Assembly (NCBI GenBank): GCA_001642005.1 | Contig: LWCA01000101.1 | Coordinates: 1 to 55,360, forward strand | Direction of reading: 5' to 3' | Length of the DNA stretch: 55,360 nt | From: Intoshia linei | Lineage: Eukaryota > Animalia > Orthonectida | Part shown: positions 1-14,000 of the stretch, in pieces | How the letters are laid out: the number at the start of each line of letters is the position of its first letter | Position numbering within the stretch: the stretch's first letter is position 1 | Notes under the pieces: model-generated | The model's input: the letters and a program-made list of their open reading frames with translations, nothing else | Database searches by the model: none | What the model was told of the DNA's origin: nothing | Translations under genes and position numbers: made by a program

Positions 1-66
1 GTAAAAAGATTATGCTATGCATATGGTGGGATATGGAGGGTGTGGTATATCATGCATTTCTAAAAA
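1..66 (+). pseudogene. Mariner transposase fragment (catalytic-domain segment), cut by the window edge
   Basis: Translates to KKIMLCIWWDMEGVVYHAFLK, matching the mariner K(K/V)MLxVWWDxxGxxxxEFL motif. Confidence 0.8.
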
Positions 67-341
67 ACAAATTCTTGACAATGAGAACTAGACTTCAATA
101 CCAAAATCGACAACCACTGTAATGTGAATTTACTGTACTACAATAAATCGTTGAAAATTTAAATTAACATAAAATAAAATTTGATTAATATTAAATTAAA
201 TTACTGTCCAATTCTTTGTTTAAACTGTAAGATAACAGTTTCAGTTCAGCTTTGTATCTGATAAAATCCATTTCAATAAAAATTTTAATTTAAAAATAAT
301 TTTATTTTAACCAAATTGAATGTTTCATGAAATATTTATGA

Positions 342-625
342 CTAGCTTGACTGTATGTACGTCATACAAACAGCATCCTAGCTCTGCTGAGGGCGGACAT
401 TTTTATTCTATCAGAAAAATAAATTCAACAAAAAAAAACTAAAAATGCTGCTATTCACTATTATCAATCATTTAAAGGAGTGATTCTAAACTTGATATAC
501 GTGGGCCCGTCATATCACAAAGTGAATTATTCCACGTTAAATTGATTTTGTTAACATTTGTGTAGATAATTTTAAAAAAAATTGTTATCCCATTTTATAA
601 TTTATTAAACAAAATGTGTATTACA
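342..625 (-). mobile_element. 3' fragment of non-autonomous Helitron
   Basis: CTAG terminus at 342-345; the sequence is colinear with the 3' part of the copy at 16038-16822. Confidence 0.7.
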
Positions 626-669
626 TTCTTTAAATTTTAAAATATGTGTAGTGCAGTGTAGTACTAAAA

Positions 670-880
670 AGTGTCACATTTTTTCGAAAATTTTAGAATT
701 TGATGGGAAATTAGCACTAAAAGTGTGTATTTTTAAAATAGAAAAACTAATTAGCAATCAAAAACATTTAACGCTATCTATTCGAATTGCGTTTGACATT
801 TTAAATATCACTCAAAATATTATGGAGAAATTAAAACTGAACTTTATTTTAACATAAATTGGCGTTTGAGCTTTTAAACG
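670..880 (+). repeat. End fragment of TAGGGTGTCACA-type hAT MITE family
   Basis: Near-identical reverse complement at about 41690-41902; related pieces at about 5745-5870, 8356-8490 and 39560-39654. Confidence 0.75.
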
Positions 881-1024
881 TGGTACCCACTTTATAATAT
901 TGTTCTTAATGTTTAGTTATACAGTTTATTTTTTAAAATTTGTCGTTGACAATTAAAACTAAATTACTAGGCAACGTTAAAAAGATAAAAATTTTTCAGA
1001 CCATAATTTGGGAAACGTTTACTT

Positions 1025-1340
1025 AGTATAGGTAAAATTGTATATTTCAAAAAAATGTCGAAAAGAGGATTTTCACCTTAAGGGTTGGTAAATTTTGATT
1101 TTTTCTTTTGGGATTAGATAAAGTGGTTTTTTCTTTAGGTTTGGCAAAATTGTATTTTTTAAAAAAATTCTTGGGAAAAATGGATTTTTCCCTCAAGATT
1201 GGTAAAATTAGATTTTTTTATTTAGGATGAAATTAACTATTTATTCTCGTACGATTTGGATTTTTTATTAAATATTATTAAATTTTATTAATGGAATGGA
1301 TAAAAGTGGGATTTTTGAAATAATAATGTACCGCCCGTCT
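1025..1340. repeat. Remnant of foldback-type element with ~30-bp subrepeats (ggtaaaattggatttt-like)
   Basis: Repeated ggtaaaatt..gatttttt units; reverse-complement relatives at 52650-52928, 53310-53400, 53740-53800 and 54205-54345. Confidence 0.55.
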
Positions 1341-1520
1341 AGGCTTTGGGATAAAATCCTAATATCTGATATCTCTGCATCAATTTAAATTTAGTTGTCG
1401 TCGCTGACCTAGACTACAATGAATCGATTTTTATGAATCTAACATTATAAATGTTAAAAAAATATTTTTTGAAGTTGATTGATATTGGCAGCGTTACAGA
1501 AGTTTATTATTCAAAGTGAA

Positions 1521-4500
1521 ATGTCATTAAGTAACGGTATGATAACAATTACCAGAAAATACAAATTTTCTTCCGCACATTCTCTAAAAAAGTTTATCAT
1601 TACTATCATAATTCAATATAATGTAGGAATGGTTGGACCAACTATGAAAATGAAAATACCTTTGGAAAGTGTTTTTCTAAACACGGACATAATTACCAAT
1701 GTAAATATATTAATGAATTAACTATCTTTAAATCTGAGGGTATATGACAGGGATTATGAACATTTTTTGAGTATGGTTTTTTTTGCAAATATATTGTATT
1801 TAATCACTTATTAATTACTAATGAAGCACCTATTTTTTGTATTGTATTTAAAAAAAAATTTTATTTTAATCCAAACACATGATGCAGCCATAAATATTCA
1901 ATTAAAAACATTTAAAATTTAATTTAAAACCAATTACAAATATCATAATTTCTGTCCAAAAACTACTTAAAATATGTACGATATAAGTACTTGTTAAAAA
2001 TTCAGTCAACCCTCAGTTAGTGATGTCAGCGAAGCCTAAATATATATACACCTATAAATATATAACTATAAATGTAAACCTAAGCCAACCGTATATTAGA
2101 AAATGCATAAATTGAGAACAGATATATAAAAATATGATATTACTCGAAACCACACTGATTAAGGGTTGTTTGTATACAATATTATTTTAAATTATTTATT
2201 TTTTTAGTAAAAGTTTATTTACGCGGCTATGTAATATATTCATCAATATATATTCATTTATCAACAGTCGATTCTGTACTATATGAACATTGTTCAATAT
2301 GAATTAATGTGGTATAATTATATTAGTGGAACAAGCAATTTTTATTTTTTCAAATGGTACAGATTTATATGAATAATAATTTTTTAATGTGAACATTGAT
2401 AATGAACATAATTTTTTATTTAAATACAGTATTCTCTCTTTAACTCGCCATATTTGGGATTGACCAGAAGATAGGGAATTTGGTGAGATATAGAATTTAA
2501 AACCATAGAAACAGCAGATAAAATCTTAAAATTAACGGTTAAATTACAATAAAATGTAAATTGTAATACAAATTGTAAAATTTAATACAAATTAACTTAA
2601 CTTATTTTGAAAAATGGTTTTAAAACTAGTAGTTTATATTTTAAATTAACGGCGAGTTATAGAGTTGGCGGGTGGTGGAGATAATAGTAAATAGAAAGGA
2701 TGACTTATTCAGATTGAAATTTTTTGTGTGTGTTAACAAGATACAACTGTACCACCGGTAATTTTTTTTAAATACTAGGGCTGATTTCATTTTAAAAAAA
2801 AATGATCATTTGTGGTTTTGACCCTGAAGATATATTTTTTTTAAATTTAAATTTATGATTTTAAAATCTGTATCAGAGTGTATATTTTTTTAAATTTTAG
2901 AACTCGTTTGATTTTCAAAAAAAAGGATAATTGGGGTTTTGACTGATAAGATGTGAGTTTCTGAGATTGAAATTTATCTTACTTTTACACCGGAAAAAAC
3001 TGTAATATGGAAATGTGAAATTTTTAAAATTTTAAGACTCTTAGTTACAGAAATATACATACACAAAGACATAAAAAGAATGAGTTTTATATAAGTAAGG
3101 ATGTTAATAAAATTTAATATTATATAGTATCTGTAATGTGATTGCTTTGAAGAAATTTTTGTAGGTAAAGGAATCCGGATTATTAGTAAACTTTAAAGAC
3201 ATTGACAATATTATTGAAGTAATGATTTAATTTTGATTACGATAATGCAATGATTTATAATAAATATGTATAATATTTATTACTTTTGACACTTTTTGTT
3301 GAATTAAAAAAAGTATATTTTACTGAGTGTCCAAATGTTATATACAACATAATTAACGATAAAAATTCAGAAGGAATGAATTATATAGATTTTCACCCAT
3401 ATTTCTTTATTGGAAATGTGTAGAGTTTCAATGCACATTTTTTTGGAAATTTTAGGATGAATATAAATATTCATTTATTTACATTTTCAATTTTTATTTT
3501 AATCGAAACATTTGAAAAATATTGGTTAATAATATATTAAAAATTATTTCTCACCGGGAATGCGTAGATTTGTGGAGTTAAAATTTTTTATTTATATCAA
3601 ATGGAATAAGTTCTATCAGAATAATCTTTTTCTCAATTTTCGGACCGTTAATTATTTAACATTTTTTGTTTTAATAAAATATTTCGGAAAAAAAATATAT
3701 GAATACTAAAATACTTTTTTGACCGTGAAGTCGTCACTTATTCGGATTGAAATTTTCTGTATGTGTTAACAGGATACAACTGTACCACCTGTAAATTCTT
3801 TTAAATTCTAGGACTATTTTCATTAAAAAAAGAAGGGTAAAGAAGTGGTGTTGGCCCTGAAGATATAATTTTTTTAAATTTAAATTTATGATAATATTTA
3901 TGATTTTAAAATCCGTATCAGAGTATATATTTTTTTAAATTTTCCAACTCATTTCATTTTCAAAAAAAAGGACAATTGGGCTTTTTGACCCGTAAGATGT
4001 AAGTTTGAGAGGTTGAAATTTAGCTTACTTATATCTGGGAAAAATTGCAATAGAAATGTGGACTTTAGAAAATTCTAAGACTGGTAGTTATTGAAATAAA
4101 CGATAACACACACACACAAACAAGGCATAATATATAAGTAAGGATAACTGAAAAATTTTATAATTATAAATTTTTTTTATTATAATTTATAATAAAATTA
4201 AAATTGTATATTATTATTATTTAGAATAATATATTAAATATATTTGATCATAAAGACTTGGACGAAATACAATTCTTCAAACTTAAACCGAGGTACAGGA
4301 AGTTTATCATGCATACCTTTTTAATATAACACTTGTCTGAATTTAGAACACTGTTTCAATTTAACGTATAGAAAACTCACATAAATTAATAATTTAGGAG
4401 TAGAACTTGATTATAGCGATTAATCGATGAGATTTTGATTAAGATTTTGCTAAGAATTTTTAAGATTTAACTTGTGATTATAACCATTTTTATTCTTATA

Positions 4501-4817
4501 TTAAAAATCTTAATGTGATTTTTCCATTAGGATAACAACTCTGCTATTTTTAAATTAAATTTCTTGGTTAAACTATAAAATTGTTGAGTACATTTTTAGT
4601 AATAATTTAGTTTTGTAAGTATTTTAATTTATTGACTAATCTAGATTAAAACATGAAGTTCTATTTAAGTATTTTTATCTAAATAATTAATTAATGTAGT
4701 TCAGTCGAAAATATAGCAATTACGTGTTGGGAATTGATACAACGAGATTTCAACGAATTACTTTATTGCATTAAAGTTGACGAAACAAACCGAAACAGTG
4801 CAATATACTACGGATAA
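1521..4817 (+). CDS. PTS: 6-pyruvoyl-tetrahydropterin synthase, 135 aa, 6 exons (1521-1591, 1627-1700, 2208-2230, 3165-3218, 4225-4292, 4700-4817)
   Basis: Phase-consistent GT-AG splicing (408 nt) gives MSLSNGMITITRKYKFSSAHSL..ENENTFGKCFSKHGHNYQLKVYLRGYVKESGLLVNFKDI..FDHKDLDEIQFF..SSVENIAITCWE..LLYCIKVDETNRNSAIYYG*. The PTPS Zn-binding His residues, catalytic Cys and the DHK and ET motifs are present. Confidence 0.92.
2427..2687. mobile_element. Degenerate Tc1/mariner-type MITE in PTS intron 3
   Basis: TA-flanked imperfect TIRs cagtattctctc...gagataatag, plus internal inverted taactcgcc/ggcgagtta. Confidence 0.5.
2701..3101 (-). mobile_element. Non-autonomous Helitron, 5' part
   Basis: 5' end a^TCCTTACTTATA on the - strand at 3101; shares the family core (aactgtaccacc, ccctgaagatata). 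Confidence 0.75.
3365..4144 (-). mobile_element. Non-autonomous Helitron, 3'-truncated, in PTS intron 4
   Basis: 5' a^TC at 4144, (TG)n near the 5' end, highly similar to the copies at 7669, 10052, 23445 and 38356. Confidence 0.85.
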
Positions 4818-5073
4818 AAACGGATTGTGAAATTTTTATAAATAAATGTATCAATGATTATTTGCAAATTTTGTTAAAATTACGTAGATATATTTTATTG
4901 TAGTGCTCTATTTAATCATAATTAATATTCATTACGTACATTACGTATTTAAAACTACATTTTATAATTAAATATTTTATCACATATTGGAGGAATCGTA
5001 TTATGTAAATAAACTATAAATAAATATTTACAAAGATCTTTGCTACAAAACGATAACTTGGATAGAGTAAAAA

Positions 5074-8000
5074 ATGTTGAAGACTATTTTGAAAAATATG
5101 TATGTGGACCCGGAACTCCTGAATGATTTGGATGAGGAGCAAATGCAAATTTTATTTTACCAAATTAGACAAGTAAATCAATTCAAATTTTCACTGTTAT
5201 TTCAAATTTAATTAATATTAACAAACTAGGAACAACTTCGTAGATATAATCTTAGAGAAAATGAAAAAAAAGCATCTGCTATTATGAAATCTAGCTGTAA
5301 ACCATTAAAAATAGTTATCATAATTTTAGCTGAAAAAAAGATTAATTTTAAAGAAGGTGAAGATTCAAATATTTGTATAGAAGTGGCTGAGAATGAATGG
5401 ACCACTGATTTAAAAAAAATTCATAAAAAGTAAATTATAAATTATAATTACTATAATAACATTATAGTTGTTCATGCTATCAGAAACACAACCGTAAACT
5501 GTCAAACTGTTTGAATTATAAAAAATATTATAAAAGACAAATAAAGGACCACTATTCTGTAATTATTTAATCATTACGTATATGTGCAATGCATTTATAT
5601 TTTCATATTAATATTATATATACATTTTAATAATTAATAAATAGTTTGAGAACCTTAACAATACTTTTTCAGTTCTATCAGGCACTCAAAAATATAAAAG
5701 ATAAAATCTTTTTCAAATAATTCAATAACCATGGATATGTCATTATATTTAATTTTCCTTTCGAATGAAGTTCAGTTTTAATATTTACTTACATATTAAT
5801 ATTTAATATTATATATATGTTAATATTTTTATATGATAAATTTAAAATGACAAACGCAACTCGAATATATACCTGTAAGATTTTATATTTATAACTATTC
5901 TCAATATAAATTAAATCAAAACTTAAATTAAATTAAAACAAATTAAAACATTAGTTAACTAATGTTCTTGATTATTAGATACGTTTGACATCCTAATTTA
6001 TAAGTATTATTATAAGGGTACCATTTAATTTTACTCAATATTTCTATGATTGACACATTATTAATAAAGTTTTGCACCATCGTTAACTTTAACATTACAT
6101 GTATGCAGAGCCGTTTTAAGGCATGGGCAATATGAGCTTTAGCCCAGGGCCCCTCATTAAAAAAGGCCCCAAATTAATAAAAGTACTTTACATTTATATC
6201 TTAAGTATCAGTTTATAAGTTTTGAAGTGTGGGAATTCAAATAGCTAGAAACAACATATAAAAGAATCAAAGTTCTGGTAATTATTCAATTTAAAATATA
6301 TTCTACAATGTTTATTATATTATTTTTTGTGACTGCATGGTGCATATTTTCAAATGAAAAAGTAAACTTTGTTCATTAAATAATGTAAGTAGGTTTTTGT
6401 AAAATAAATAAAAGTTACTAAAAACCTACATACTATGTTTTAATGCTTTTATTAATACTCAATGAAATAAGACTCTAAGTCTCCAACCTACAGTATGCCC
6501 GGTCTTCTAAACAGGGGACCTATTATTTTTTTTTATTGCGTCGCTCGAAATTTTAAAAGGCCCGGCCCTTTGCTTAGCCCAGGGCCCCGAAGTGACTTAA
6601 GACGACTCTGCATGTATGTGTACTAAAATTGTAAATATTTCCATAATTTTATTAATATTATATTAGTATAATAGTAGATTATAATTATAATAATTATTTA
6701 ACAGGAAAAGAATCACGATTCTTTATATCCGATGTATTTAAATATGTATGATAAATCTGATTTATTTGAATCGACGGATTCGGAAAAAACACGGGTAAAA
6801 TTTTTGTAATATTTTAGAACTACTCGCTTCGGTATGTTAAATGTGAAATATTATACATGTCAAAATTATGTTATATGTATTTTATTTTAATTGTAAAAAA
6901 ATTTTAATTAGCAATATTGAATTCTAATCTATTATTTTTTAAAATAGACTTAGGTGAATAATGTATATGTTTTAGAGTGAATCTGAAGAGGTATAATTAA
7001 TCATTTATACATATGTATGTAGAAGATAATATAATCATATAAACGTAGAGTGTAGAAGAAGAATCTAATGAAGAACTATATATTGTGCCACAAGTAGTCG
7101 ATACCAAGATTGAAAGTAATTTCAAATTTACTTAAAATTAAAGACATAATTTTACTTTCAAATATGTTCATGTAAAAATTATTAATTTAAATTTAATATT
7201 TTGTTTACATAATATTTTGTTTATCTAAGTTACATTCTCGATTGTGCAGAGGTTCTCATGACATGGGATTTAGCGTTTTCAGAAAATGTGGGGCGCTGCA
7301 ACCAATATTATTAAATGTCAAATATTTCATTTTTGATATTGTTGATAAAAATTTTTTACCCTGATTTATTTTGTATTATGGGGATGTGAGCCTTAAAAAT
7401 GTCTTTATCCACTGACCTATTCTTAAAGTTCAAGGATATTATTGTGTTTTACAATATTTGACATGATTGAAAGTGAATTCAGTTCTGTAAACAAAATATT
7501 GAACAAAGATAGAAACAATATTAATATATTATATAATATGTCAAAGAGGATATATTGTTATCAAATTAACCAGCATAAAACCAAGAATTAACAAGTTGAC
7601 ACTTAATCACCAGGCGCAAAGATCACATGGAAAAAAATTAAAAATTATTTATTTGTTTTCCATTGTTATCCTTACTTATACATATCCTAACTTGTATAAT
7701 ATTATACGTGAATTTTTGTTTGTGTGTCTGTGTGTGTTACGCTTTATTGAAATGACTAGCAGTCTTAGAGTTTTTTAAAGACCACATTGCAATTATAGTT
7801 TTTTTCGGGACGTATAATAAGATAAATTTCAACCTCTCAATTTCACATCTTACGTGTCAAAAACCCCAGTTGTCCCTCTTTTTGAAAATCAAACGAGTTG
7901 GAGAATTTAAAAAGATATATAAACTGATGCGGATTTTAAAATCGTAAACATTATTATAAATGTAAATTAAAAAAAATTATATGTTCAGGGCCAAAATGTC

Positions 8001-11000
8001 AAATTACCATTCTTTTTTTTGAAAACACCCCTAGAATTTCAAAACATTTACAGGTGTTAGAGTTGTATCCTGTTAATACGCATGAAAAATTTTAATCCGA
8101 ATAGGTGATGACTTCACGATCAAAAAAGCATTTTAACATTTACATATTTTTTTTCGAAATATTTTATTAAAACAAAAAATGTTAAATAATTAACGGTCCG
8201 AAAATTAAGAAAAAGATTATTCTGATAGAACTTATTCCAGTTGATATAAATACAAAATTTTAACTCCAAAAATCTACGCATTCCTGGTGAAAAATAATTT
8301 TTTATATATTTTCAACCATTATTTTTTTACAAATATTTCGATTAAAATAAAAATTGTCACATTTTTTGAAAACTTTGAGCATTGATTGGCAAATTAGTAC
8401 TAAATGTGTGTATTTTTAAATTATAAAATTATAATTCGTAATCAAAAACATTTAGCACTCTCTATTCGAATTGCGTTTGTCATTTGATAAAAAAATATGA
8501 CATTTATGACTTTTTAAAAATAGATATACCTTATTAAATATGTTTATTAGAGTTGCCTCATACATTTCTAACAATTTTTTATTATTAAAAAAAAAATTAT
8601 TTTTATAACATAATTCCCCTAATAATGACACATTTATGGTTATGGAGTTTACGTTGAAGTCGTGTTATTTTAATTTAATGTATTATGTTAATTATGTTAA
8701 TTTAATGTATTAGGTTAATTATGTTAATATAGTACATGTATGTATTATGTATGTTAATTTGTTTGTGTTTAATTTTGTTTAAGTTTTAGAGATGGTTAAA
8801 ATCCTCTAACAATCTAATAAGTACATATTTTAGTTCGTAATCAACCGTGGTTAAAAACTAAAAAATGAACTATAGTCAAATTTTAAATATATAATAAAAC
8901 AGGGAATTCAACATAATAACCACATAACTATGGATATATTATAATATCTGCTTTTCCACTTGAAATTCAAGTTTTAATTTTTATTTACTGTATTTTGAAT
9001 GTTAATATTTTTATATTAATTGGTTTTTCACTAAAATACACCATATACAGTGTATATTATACACGCTAACCGTCATTGATTCTTTGATGGATGTGACACC
9101 CTTGTATACATATTAAATATAAATAAATTATATAATTAATATCTATTTACATTGTTGTAATAAGTATAAATGTAGATATTATTTATAAAAGTTGATATTA
9201 ACAATAATTCAATATTTTTAGGTATAAATGAGAATAAAGAAACTAAAAATCTTGATGATAATAAAAATATGTATATAAAAGTAATATTTTTGGTTTTGTA
9301 ATGTAATGTGTGTTTATTTGAACTATCTAGTTTTATAATTTTGACATGATTACAAAAATTATTATAACGGAAAGTACTATGTATATCAATTTTTAATTTA
9401 CTATTACATTTATTTTATTTTGTTTGTTTATATAATATTATAAATTTAGAGCCCTGAAATAGCTAACAAAAAACCAAATGACGTGATAGGTTAATATATA
9501 ATAAATGAGTGATTCTTTACTGGAGGTGCATGTTACTTATAGAAGCATAAATTATTTTTGTTAGAAAGAAATTATTAAATTTTTATTAAATGTTTATTAA
9601 ATATTTAGCAAATTATTGCAAATATTTAATCCTAAAGATGAGTTTCTGAAAAGTTTAAAAAAATGAGAATAAAGCATGATTTACTAAACAGTACTACAAT
9701 ATACATAATTAGTTAGGGCATGCACAAACTCTAAATTAAGAACCACTGCATTACAAAAAATTCACTATAAATCTATTACTTATAACTAAAAAAATTACAT
9801 TAGAAAGTATACGTTACAAAATATTATAGTGTTACTAAAATTTAAAATTAATTAATTAATACTTAAAATAATTAAACTAAATTTTAGTCAACAAATTTAC
9901 GACTTCATTGAAGAAAAATTCATCCATGTAATTCATGATTACTTATAAAATATGTAGTAACCCAAAGTTTCCCAATCTGAGCATATGAAATTTTTTGGTG
10001 AATTCTATACATTCAACCATTTTCCATTTATTATTTTAAATTAATAATATACTGGGTTGACTGTGATGTACTACGTACAAACAGTACCTAGCTCTGCCGA
10101 GGGCACATTTTGGGTGAATATTTACATTTTAAATTTTCATTTTAATAAAAATATTTGCAAAATAATGGTTGAAAATATAATAAAAATTATTTTTCACCGG
10201 GAATACGTAGATTTCTAGGGTTGAAACTTTGTATTTATATCAACTGAAATCAGCTCTATCAGAATAATCTTTTTTTAATTTTCAGACAGTTAATTATTTC
10301 ACATTTTATGTTTTAATAAAATATTTCGGAAAAAAATATATGAATGCTAAAATGCTTTTTTGACCGTGAAGGCGTAACTTATTCAAATTGAAATTTTTTG
10401 TGTGTGTTAACAGGATACAACTGTACCACCTGTAATTTTTTAAATTCTAGCAGTGTTTTCATTAAAAAAAGAAGGGTAATTTGAGGTTTTGGCCCTGAAG
10501 ATATAATTGTTTTAAATTTAAATTTATGATAATATTTATGATTTTAAAATCCGTATCAGAGTATATATTTTTTTAAATTTTCTTTTACGTTTGAGTTTCA
10601 AAAAAAAAACAATTGGGTTTTTTAACCCGTACGATATGAGTTTTGGAGGTTGAAATATTTTTTGTTAACACCCTCGGAAAAAACTGTAATTGAAATGTGG
10701 ACTTTATATAATTCTAAGACTGGTAGTTATTGAAATAAACGGTAACACACAGACACAAACAAATATTGCGTAGCATATTATATAAGTAAAGATGGACGTA
10801 ATATTCATAACATGATAATCGTAGTAATTTTCTGATTAATCTGTGAACTTTTGACTTTTTGGACTTATATTTTCCTTTAAACTATAGTTTTAATTGGTTT
10901 GTAATTTGTAAAATTTATTTTTTGGCCCTCACTTGCCATGTGTTTCGACTACCAATTAAAATTAATCAATGTATGTACAATACAATGAAATTTGTGACTA

Positions 11001-14000
11001 GATCAGAAAAACAAGAGATGTTAATGCTAAATTCAAAATATAAAAAACTTAATATCAATGGTAAATACAAATTTATATTAATTAGTTATTAATTTAATAT
11101 GACAATAGAAAATAAAGGATATGATAAAGCTAAAAAGGAAATTGGTTCAGTCAAATCAATGTAACAAATTTTATCAATATTATGATAATAATCTAGAGTT
11201 CAAAGACAACATTCGTTAATTCGAAAAACGAAAAAAACTTTTACCAATCAATTTAATGACTCTGAAGCACAAAATGTATATTTAATATATGAAATAAATA
11301 TATATAATAAAAATTTAACTTGAAACCTGCAACGACATTTACCGTGGTCAAGTTAAAAATAAAAATATTTTAAAGTTGATTGATTGGGTTGAGTATTAAC
11401 TGATTGGTTATATAAAATTGAATACGTTAATATAACTAAAATTTAAGTTAATGACCATTTGTTTATATTCAAGACTTGTCCAAGTTACTTTTTACGGGAG
11501 GATTACAATTTTTTTTAATATTTTCCCGTGCAGGCGTTAATATTAATATATGAATTATATCATTGACAATTTAGAAACTTAAAGAAATCAATCATAATTG
11601 GAAAAATAAATGTAACACGTTTATATGAAATTTTTAATTTAGTACTTTTAGTAAACGTGACAAAGGAAAAGTAATAAATTTAATATACCCTTGGTAACGA
11701 AATTAATATAATTAATTTTTAGTCAAGATTTAAATGAATCTCAAAAAAAAGCGAATAAAGATAAAGTAATTATATTAAATGTTAATGTAATATATATTCA
11801 TAATGAAATAATGTATAAATTAAATTTTTAACAATTATAAAAAAGATTTTATAGTTTTTTCAAAATAAATATGAAGAAGATTGGAAAGAGAGAGGTTTTA
11901 TTTAAATATGACGGTAACCCTCTATTAATCCAGTCAAACTAATCCATTGTGAATATGGCACTAACCCAATTGATAAAATATAATAAAACATTTGAGGGTT
12001 ACCTGAATTATTCATATAGATTTGAAAGTTTTCATAAAAAATAATAGAACAAAAGGCTCGTGAAGCTGAAAAACAAAAATCAGATTTGACAAAATATTTA
12101 AGTAAAGATCGTAGAAAGCTTAGCAGAAAAATTTTGACTGAAAGTTGTGTTATCGTATCTCATGAAGATAGAAATCTTTGGTAATGCATTAATATTATAA
12201 TGTCATGTAATTATTACATTATTATCATTAATATTTAAAAAAATATACTCCAAATTTCCTAACTAATATAACTTCCAGTAAAACACTGCAATTTATCTTT
12301 TAATTATTATAATGATGAAATATTTTCAGACTATGATATAATATTTAAATCTAAAATGATAAAATGTATTACACTGCAGTCTGCAGTGTATCAAAGTAGA
12401 TAAACATTGTATTAAGTTATTATTACATCGCTTGTCGTTATTATTATACTGTATGTGAAATGACATATAATCTAAATTACTCTAAAAATGATTATTGTAT
12501 ATAAACAGTTCGGCCTAATGTTGTTATTTCATATTTGATATCTTCAAGACATTTATATTTATAATCAGAAATTCTTTAGGAAATATAATTCAATTTTATA
12601 TAGTGAAAATGGATGAAACCTAGATATTTTAATTAATAAACAAAAAAATTTGGTTTTATTTGATAAATTGTATTATTATTTCCATGATTTATATTTTTTA
12701 ATTAAAACTAATCTTGTTTTATCAATGAATATTTTTCTTAATTTATTTATAATTTATAAAAATTCTAAAATAAGCTCATAATAATATGTGACCAAATTTC
12801 ATCAATACATTCAATGTTTAGTGCAGTGGCCACCAAACTACGGCCCGCGAATTACAAATCTATTACAAAATACCCCCGTGATATCTTACATTTATCATTG
12901 ACTTACATTTTAAATGTATATATTATCGACTTGTCATTTCTAGATCATGAGAAACTTATTAATTCATTAACTTAAATTTTAAATCGTAATTTAAAATTAC
13001 GTCATGTATATTTTCCATCTACCTTACCGATTTTTTTTTAGTTATTCCGGCACCATGTCAAAAAGGTTTGGTGGTCACTGTTTTACTGTACAGGTTACCT
13101 CACCTTTTTCACTGCGAACCGTTATTTTTCAATAAAATTGTCTCTCATAAAAAAAATAATTGAAAATCCCGGCTATAAGATGGTTTAAATTTTTTAATAT
13201 AAAACCAAAAAAACGATATGCCTTTTTTGAAAAGTGGAAAAAAATTTTTATATAATTTTTTTAATTGCTTCTTTTTTCTCTAATATCGTTTGATTTAATT
13301 CATCTCTATGCATGTCACTGTATTGTCTGGAACGATTGGAATTTGGAGTGAAAAATAGATTTTATCGTATTTTTAATATATTATTTGATATAATAGTAAA
13401 AACGACATTTCTATTCCCAACAATTTTCAAGACATTTTAAATTGGTTTAAAAGGGAAGAAAAAGAAAATTGCTTCGAGGCAAACTCAAATAGACCTTTTC
13501 CTTGGTTTTATGGTAATGTATTGTAATTTTAGTTACTTTAAAATAAAATTTTCTTGATAGTTAATTTTACCTATTAGAGAAGTATTTCGCAAAAGTGTTT
13601 AAATATTGTTGCGCATTAGCTAGTTATAAATTTTAACTATCATTGTTTATAAATATTATGCACATGGTGCATAAAAGTTGAGTATGATTACTGAATAAGT
13701 GTTCACAACGAAATTGTTGATTTTTAAGTAATTTTGGACAATTTTTGAAAAATTTAAATATTTATTGGTATTGATGATTAACTTTAAAAATATTTTAGAA
13801 AATAATTTTGGCATTTCATTTTACAGTAAAATTTTGAAACCAGATCAAACCTTGTATATAGAATATTTTATTCTTAAAAAAATGTTCTAAAAACTTAATA
13901 CAAACTTTTTAGAATTCAAAGATTTTTAGTGGTTTTTTCAAAATTAAGAGTTTTTTTGATAAATAGTTTTTAACCGTGAAATTTTATCCATATCAAAAAA

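Noticed and set aside
651-857. ORFs at 651, 7596, 16043, 18043, 31364, 37717 and 45541
   Set aside because: They lie within or overlap MITE/Helitron-like repeats and show no protein motifs; chance ORFs.
1479-1721. 80-aa ORF as a single-exon gene
   Set aside because: It is PTS exon 1 read through a 35-nt intron into the wrong frame.
6948-6975. 6-nt exon plus 22-nt intron in SH2D4
   Set aside because: The splice signals are plausible, but the phase cannot be validated and the intron is shorter than any supported one.
8670-8760. ttaatttaatgtattatgttaattatg tandem repeat
   Set aside because: Low-complexity AT slippage inside a decayed MITE.
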